Virus record (IMG/VR): IMGVR_UViG_3300046536_000394
Strand: one strand, 5' to 3'
DNA from: an uncultured virus (IMG/VR IMGVR_UViG_3300046536_000394)
Lineage: Duplodnaviria; Heunggongvirae; Uroviricota; Caudoviricetes
DNA: 20,000 nt
The first letter of the stretch is position 1. The number at the start of each line of letters is the position of its first letter. Shown here in pieces: positions 14,871-20,000 of this stretch. The position numbers were made by a program, and so were the translations under genes. The notes beneath the pieces were generated by a model. The model was not told the DNA's origin. It did not search any database and saw only the letters and a list, made by a program, of their open reading frames with translations.

Positions 14871-16387
14871 CGCAAGACGATTTGAACGAACGCGCACCCG
14901 CCAACGCCTACGGCACGAACCGCGAGATGCCGAACAACATTGAAGCCGAACAGGCTTTGCTCGGCGCCTGCCTCATCAACAACGCCGCCTACGGCCAAGT
15001 GAATGAATTCCTGAAGGCCCAACACTTCTACGAGCCAATCCACCAGCAGATTTACGAAATCATTGGGGAGATCATTGTCGGCGGCAAGCGCGCCAACACC
15101 GCGATCGTCAAGAGCTTCATCAAATCGGACAAGCCGATCGGCGATATGACGGTATCGCAATATCTGGCTTCGCTGACCTCGAATGCCGTTTCCATCATCA
15201 ACGCTCCGGATTACGCCCAAGCGATCCACGCCCTGGCGCTGCGCCGCGAGCTCATCGATGTCGGGACCGAAATCGTCAACACAGCGTTCGAATCCGGACC
15301 AAGCCATGACCCGAAGAAGCAGGCGGATGAGGCCGGCCAAAAGCTTTACCGGATGACGCAGACCAACGATGGCACAATCCAGACCTCCTATTCCGGTTCG
15401 GAGCTGACGAACGCCTACCTGAATTCGCTGTCGCGGGATCCGGCGAAACGTGGCAATCGCGGCGTTCCCATCGTGCTGCGCGAGATCCAAACCGTGCTTT
15501 CGGAAGAGCGTTTTGAGCCAACGAACGCCTATAGCCTCGTGTCGAGCTCCGGCGAGGGAAAAACCAGTCTAACGATGCAGATCATCGAGCACGCCGCAAG
15601 CCTGGGGCATCCCGTCGCGTTCTTCAGCTTCGACCAGAACAGCGTCCAATGCGTCCAGCAGATGGTTGCGCAGCGGATCGGCCTCGAGGTTCGCCGCCAG
15701 AAGGCCGGAGATCTCAACGATCGACAATATGAGGATGCCGCATCGGAAGGCATCAGGATCGGCCGGTTGCCCTTCAAGGTGTTCGAATGCAATTCGATGT
15801 TCGACACTATGGAAAAGCTGATCCCCAAGGCGGTTCAGTTCGTCAAGGACTGCAGCCGCAACCCGGCGACGGAAGGCAAGACGCCGCTATTCGTCTTCGA
15901 CCACATGTCGGCGATCCCACCAGTCAAGGAAGTCCGCAACGCCGACGAAGGATCCAAGGCGCTGTCGATCGGCAATTACGGCAAGGCGTTAGGCAAGATG
16001 ACGCAAGGTGCAACGCTCTTCCTGCAACAGCGCTCCGGATCTGGCGTCAAGCGGATTAACCCGCGGCCGATCCCTGCAGACCTTTTTGGGGGTGAAGCGG
16101 CCCGCCAAGCCTTCGACGCCGTGTTCTATCTCTATCGTGCCGAAGAGTATTTGCGTCGCCAATTGGACACGGCGGATGATGAAAAATCGGCTGATCGCAT
16201 CAATGCCCGGTTCGCAAAGACATTCCCTGAGGCGTATGGTCTTGTAGGAACTGCGGAAATAGGCAGCTTGAAGGTGCGATTCGGCAAGGTAGGCATTAAG
16301 CGCTACGCCAGCTTCGTCGGCGAATACACGAAGTACACCGGTTTCTCGGCTGGCTTCGATGATCTTCCAGAGGGTGGGTTCCTGTGA
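14867..16387 (+). CDS. dnaB: DnaB-like replicative helicase (divergent)
   Basis: N-terminal PNNIEAEQALLGACL; Walker A SSSGEGKT; FVFDHM; P.PADL; DAVFYLYR.E.Y; AEI...K.RFG. Confidence 0.88.
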   Translation: MTQDDLNERAPANAYGTNREMPNNIEAEQALLGACLINNAAYGQVNEFLKAQHFYEPIHQQIYEIIGEIIVGGKRANTAIVKSFIKSDKPIGDMTVSQYLASLTSNAVSIINAPDYAQAIHALALRRELIDVGTEIVNTAFESGPSHDPKKQADEAGQKLYRMTQTNDGTIQTSYSGSELTNAYLNSLSRDPAKRGNRGVPIVLREIQTVLSEERFEPTNAYSLVSSSGEGKTSLTMQIIEHAASLGHPVAFFSFDQNSVQCVQQMVAQRIGLEVRRQKAGDLNDRQYEDAASEGIRIGRLPFKVFECNSMFDTMEKLIPKAVQFVKDCSRNPATEGKTPLFVFDHMSAIPPVKEVRNADEGSKALSIGNYGKALGKMTQGATLFLQQRSGSGVKRINPRPIPADLFGGEAARQAFDAVFYLYRAEEYLRRQLDTADDEKSADRINARFAKTFPEAYGLVGTAEIGSLKVRFGKVGIKRYASFVGEYTKYTGFSAGFDDLPEGGFL

Positions 16388-16752
16388 GCGATTTCTTTCC
16401 AGACGTTTCGACGATGCCGCGCCCTGGCGGTTATAGCGGTCTGTACAGACTGTTTACCGATCAGGCGTGGAAATACGTGAGCGATCCCAAGACCAAAAAG
16501 CCGATCGTGTTCCCGGGCGTCGGCGAGGCTGTGAAGGCGGCCCGGGAAACCGTCCGGCTGAAGTTGAACCCGCATATCCGTTCGCAAGCCGGCGCCGTGG
16601 CCGTCGAGCCTGAGGACGAAGACATCCTGGGGATCGAAGAGTGGATCAAGGGGAAACAGGAAGACACGGCGAAAACCCGGGCGTTAATTAAAAACGGGAA
16701 ACACTACAAGCCGTTCAAGGTTGAGATCCGCGCGCGGAAGAGGGGGAAGTAG
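16384..16752 (+). CDS. Hypothetical protein
   Basis: 122 aa; GTGA overlap with the helicase stop. Confidence 0.7.
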   Translation: MSDFFPDVSTMPRPGGYSGLYRLFTDQAWKYVSDPKTKKPIVFPGVGEAVKAARETVRLKLNPHIRSQAGAVAVEPEDEDILGIEEWIKGKQEDTAKTRALIKNGKHYKPFKVEIRARKRGK

Positions 16753-17313
16753 ATGTGCAAGGTTGAAGGTTGCGAAAGAAAGATCCGCGCGCTTGGTTTG
16801 TGCGAAATGCATTACGGCCGCCAGCGGAGATTAGGGACGACGGAAAGAGGAACTTGGGGCCGGGCTCGAGCATTTTTCGATGAAGCCAAAGCGATGGAAA
16901 CGGACGAGTGCATCCTTTGGCCTTTCGCGAAGACTAGTAAATCTCCCTTCTACGGAACAATCCGCGGGCACAAGGAGACATCGATCGTTAATCGGTTGAT
17001 GTGTATAGAGGTTCATGGCCATCCTCCCACTCCGCAACATGAAAGCGCTCATAATTGTGGGGTCTCTTTGTGCATCAATAAGAGGCACCTGAGGTGGGCT
17101 ACTCCCCTGGAGAATACCGCAGACCGAAAGATCCATGGAACTGAGGTGTTCGGGGAGAAAGTCATCAATGCCAAGCTTTCCGCTGCGAAGGTTGTTGAGA
17201 TCCGATCCCTCCGTGGGCGCATGTCTAATAGGGAAATTGCCGGTATGTTTGGGGTTTCAAAAACCACGATTAGCTCGGTTATGACGAAGCAAAATTGGGC
17301 GTGGGTGGCATAA
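16753..17313 (+). CDS. HNH/His-Cys homing endonuclease with N-terminal Zn finger and C-terminal HTH
   Basis: CKVEGC...GLCEMHY; ECILWP; AHNCG..LCIN.RHLRWAT..EN; AKLS...REIAGMFGVSKTTIS. Confidence 0.9.
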   Translation: MCKVEGCERKIRALGLCEMHYGRQRRLGTTERGTWGRARAFFDEAKAMETDECILWPFAKTSKSPFYGTIRGHKETSIVNRLMCIEVHGHPPTPQHESAHNCGVSLCINKRHLRWATPLENTADRKIHGTEVFGEKVINAKLSAAKVVEIRSLRGRMSNREIAGMFGVSKTTISSVMTKQNWAWVA

Positions 17314-17724
17314 ATGGCTCCAGTTTTCAGGAATAAAGGAAATAAAAAGAAGCATCACAGCGAACGGTTCGTTGCCCCTGGTCTGTGGGTTGAGCGATAT
17401 TCGAATGCGAAGTGCGGCTTCATCGGGTTCTATCTCGGGCAGGCGAAGACATACGTGGAGGTTGCTGAAATAATTGGGGATGGCACTTCATCAGACACGC
17501 TCCGCCGCATGGTCGCTCTATGGAAACTTCCCGTCGACCGTGCTAGGCGAGGTTTCATCGTGAATATGACGACTCACAAGAAACGAAAGCTTGCCGCAAA
17601 ATGCGAGCAACTCGGGATCGAGCCTGAAGAGTACCTTCGCCGCATCGCGGAGGCTGTCATCGGCGACGATCTTTATGACGCAGTGACGGATGGTAAATTC
17701 GACAACAAGGGCAGCACCCGATGA
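17314..17724 (+). CDS. Hypothetical DNA-binding protein (HTH-like plus possible RHH-like C-terminus)
   Basis: TYVEVAEIIGDGTSSDTLRRMV; KLAAKCEQLGIEPEEYLRRI. Confidence 0.65.
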   Translation: MAPVFRNKGNKKKHHSERFVAPGLWVERYSNAKCGFIGFYLGQAKTYVEVAEIIGDGTSSDTLRRMVALWKLPVDRARRGFIVNMTTHKKRKLAAKCEQLGIEPEEYLRRIAEAVIGDDLYDAVTDGKFDNKGSTR

Positions 17725-18488
17725 TCCAATGGACTCCAGGCGATGTGAAAGCGGCCCTGATCGATGCGTTCCAAATCGATTACTTAATTGGGGGTAGGAT
17801 TGGCCCGAAGTCTTTCGGCTCAAACATGCCCTCCGTCTTCCAGGATGAGATAGATTACAAGATCCTCGAGCTCCTCGATGCTGTCGACGAAGACGAGGGC
17901 GGCACCAAGGGCGAGCATTTCAACGCCATGAAGCGCGATCGCCTCGCCGCGATCTCAACGCGCCGCAAGATCACCCCGGCGGAAGTAAGCCGGATGGAAG
18001 CCGTGTTGATCGGAACGAAGACGACGCCGTCCTGGTTGTCGGGATTGCTGAAGGGGCAGGACGGCCAGCGCAATTGTCTCGGCGCCTATTCCGTCCAGTC
18101 CGCCTTTTGGGGATTGCGCGGGAGAGAATTCAAGGAAGCCCGATTTTGCAAACGGATTGGTTGGAACCCGGATACCTTCGCGAACCGTCGCGACACCGGC
18201 GCCGCTATGGTGACCTTCCGGCTGAATTCAATTGGTGTCGGCTGCTGGACTCGAGACGCCGCTGTTCCGGTCCAGGTGAAGCCGGCCAAGATCCCGTTGA
18301 CGTATCTTCTGCTGGAATTTCTGAAGGATGAGCCTAAAACCAAGTACCAGTTCATCAGCTACGCTCACACCCAAGGCATCTTGCCGGAGCGTGACATCCG
18401 AAGCGCCGCTGTGATCCAGGCGATCGGGAAATTGAAGGCCGCCGGCAAGATCTCAAAGCTCGCCGACGGCCGCCTCTGCAGGGTCTAA
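17721..18488 (+). CDS. DUF6362-like putative transcription regulator at the end of the early operon
   Basis: WTPGDVKAALIDAF...GPKSFGSNMP...TPAEVSRMEAVL, then an HTH-like segment; occupies the Q-antiterminator position. Confidence 0.65.
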   Translation: MIQWTPGDVKAALIDAFQIDYLIGGRIGPKSFGSNMPSVFQDEIDYKILELLDAVDEDEGGTKGEHFNAMKRDRLAAISTRRKITPAEVSRMEAVLIGTKTTPSWLSGLLKGQDGQRNCLGAYSVQSAFWGLRGREFKEARFCKRIGWNPDTFANRRDTGAAMVTFRLNSIGVGCWTRDAAVPVQVKPAKIPLTYLLLEFLKDEPKTKYQFISYAHTQGILPERDIRSAAVIQAIGKLKAAGKISKLADGRLCRV

Positions 18489-18664
18489 TTCTCTATCGCG
18501 CGAGCCAAGGCGGGAACCTTGCTCGCGGTCCAGTCCAAGACCTCGAGGATGATAGCCTCGAGGACAGCCTCCGTGATGGCTTGACCCGCGAATTTCTCCA
18601 TCAGGTGTTTTGAGATATCGACATCGTCTCGAGCGACAAATTCGAATTCAGTCCGCGCTGTCAA
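18485..18664 (-). CDS. Hypothetical protein
   Basis: Likely TTG start overlapping the upstream TGA (TTGA), with GGGGGA upstream; alternative ATG at 18697. Confidence 0.55.
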   Translation of the reverse strand: MTARTEFEFVARDDVDISKHLMEKFAGQAITEAVLEAIILEVLDWTASKVPALARAIEN

Positions 18665-18927
18665 CGCTGTATTCCCCCCGTTGCTGCGGCCGTACATGCG
18701 CCCTTGAGCGCTTCAGCCAAGTCTATGATGTGTTTCCCCATCAGCGTCGCCGCAAAGACGCGCGCCTCCGGAGCGATGACTTCGACGATGACGGCAACTG
18801 CCGTCCGTTCCACCGCTTCAAAAACCTGCATTATGTCCATGTTTTGGGCTTTCGCGCCCCGCTTTATCATTGCAAGGATCTCCATCGACAAGCGTTCGAT
18901 GCGATCTAAGTCCGTCACTTCCGCCAT
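18661..18927 (-). CDS. Hypothetical helical protein
   Basis: 88 aa; GAGG Shine-Dalgarno. Confidence 0.75.
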   Translation of the reverse strand: MAEVTDLDRIERLSMEILAMIKRGAKAQNMDIMQVFEAVERTAVAVIVEVIAPEARVFAATLMGKHIIDLAEALKGACTAAATGGIQR

Positions 18928-19020
18928 AATTTGGTTCCTCGTTTAATCAACCCAATTGGTATTCGAGATTCTGTCTGATTCGGCGATACTCCTTTCGGGA
19001 TTGCAAACGGTTCATAGGGA

Positions 19021-19503
19021 TTAGTTAAGCGACTTCCTGTGAGCGCGTGACTTATTTATCGAGTCGAGCACGAGACCCGCATTGGTGGAAATCATTCCGA
19101 CATCCGCCTTGGTCAAACCGAACGCCTCGTGAACGACGGCCATGGCCACCGTCATCGCATAGGCCGCTGTTTGCATAGGAAGCTTTTCGGCCTGGCAGGC
19201 GGACAGCATGGCGGTCTGGATGAATTCCGACACCTTGTCTTCCGGATCTTTCACCATCTCCTGCGCCGGCCCGGTCTGGACTTTGAGGTTTTTGTGCATG
19301 TCGTAGGCGAAATCGAGCAGGCTATCGACCTTGTAGCGCGGATCGACCCCCCTGAGGATCATGACATTAACCAAGCTCTGCGCGACGACGGACAGCACGG
19401 CGGGCGACATCGATTGCTTGCTGGCGTCGTGGACGATGATGGTCGCGAGTTTCTCGAGCAGGACTTTCGCCTGGATCTTTTCGCGGTCTGTTAGTTCGGT
19501 CAT
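19021..19503 (-). CDS. Hypothetical helical protein
   Basis: 160 aa; AAGGGA upstream. Confidence 0.75.
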   Translation of the reverse strand: MTELTDREKIQAKVLLEKLATIIVHDASKQSMSPAVLSVVAQSLVNVMILRGVDPRYKVDSLLDFAYDMHKNLKVQTGPAQEMVKDPEDKVSEFIQTAMLSACQAEKLPMQTAAYAMTVAMAVVHEAFGLTKADVGMISTNAGLVLDSINKSRAHRKSLN

Positions 19504-19514
19504 TTGATTTCCCT

Positions 19515-20000
19515 TCAGTGAATTGCGATTGCGATGAGAACGACGGACACGGCGAGCGCGACGACGCCCTGAAGCATCTTGGTCCGGCCGATACGACGAC
19601 GCGCGTCCCTGGCCTCCTGTGGCGGCGCAGAAGGGCTAACGACATACTTTGCGAAGTCGCCCTCCATCCAGGCGCCGGTCGGCTCGAGAATTGGCAAGCC
19701 GCGCTCCGCCCGCATGCGGTTGTCGAATTGCTTCGCCGCTTCACCTTCCGACGCCGAATAAGTGTACTTGACACGGAGCGATGAACCCAGGTTGACGATC
19801 TCGCGCTCGAGCGTGGAAAGCGGCCCGATCTGTCCAGCCGGCAATTCCACCTTGACGCGCTCCACCTTCGTCGGGACGCCGTCGGCCTCGATCACGGAAA
19901 TGAAGGCTTCGCCGATCCCAAGCGTGGTGACTTCCTTGACGTCGACTCCGCGGTTCGGCCGGAACGATTTGATCGTTGCCTTGACCATGGTCTGATCGCG
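19515..20000 (-). CDS. C-terminal part of a DUF853/YjgR HerA-like ATPase, with C-terminal TM helix (5' end outside the window)
   Basis: RDQ..VKA...SFRPN..VD.KE.TTLGIGEAFIS..EADG.PT.VER....P.GQIGPL resembles YjgR; ends in hydrophobic LQGVVALAVSVVLIAIAI. Confidence 0.8.
   Translation of the reverse strand, partial: RDQTMVKATIKSFRPNRGVDVKEVTTLGIGEAFISVIEADGVPTKVERVKVELPAGQIGPLSTLEREIVNLGSSLRVKYTYSASEGEAAKQFDNRMRAERGLPILEPTGAWMEGDFAKYVVSPSAPPQEARDARRRIGRTKMLQGVVALAVSVVLIAIAIH

Larger units (their letters stand above)
1..20000. mobile_element. Phage/prophage early and DNA-metabolism region (divergent lambdoid-like operons), probably alphaproteobacterial host
   Basis: Dense small ORFs with ATGA/TAATG coupling; RecE/RecT-like pair, Gp37/Gp68, Cro-like, RuvC-like, DnaB-like, HNH and MT-A70 genes; no housekeeping genes. 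Confidence 0.92.

Noticed and set aside
11386..15490. Long minus-strand ORFs (11386-11979, 12354-13142, 14163-14846, 14819-15490)
   Set aside because: Shadows of the plus-strand operon genes

Overview
The window is the early/middle region of a GC-rich tailed phage or prophage-like element, probably with an alphaproteobacterial (rhizobial-type) host. The host call is inferred from the gene set and promoter style. A long, translationally coupled leftward operon (about 1-10229) carries a ProQ/FinO-domain protein, a LuxR-type HTH protein, a coiled-coil protein, a RecE-like exonuclease with a RecT-like annealase, an ASCH-like protein, a Gp37/Gp68 (DUF5131) protein and many small ORFs. It diverges from a rightward operon (11033-18488) carrying a Cro/YdaS-like protein, a GapR-like/RMF-like protein, two PD-(D/E)XK proteins, an MT-A70 methyltransferase, a RuvC-like resolvase, a DnaB-like helicase, an HNH endonuclease and a DUF6362-like regulator. 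A convergent minus-strand cluster follows, including a DUF853/YjgR HerA-like ATPase. The most striking feature lies between the divergent operons, where a CI repressor would normally sit. There is no credible protein gene there, only about 600 nt of heavily base-paired non-coding sequence. It ends in a minus-strand intrinsic terminator just upstream of the ProQ/FinO gene and is bracketed by mirror-image GTATAC operator/promoter motifs. This is a candidate RNA-plus-chaperone switch or immunity module. All family assignments come from motif recognition by eye, not database searches.
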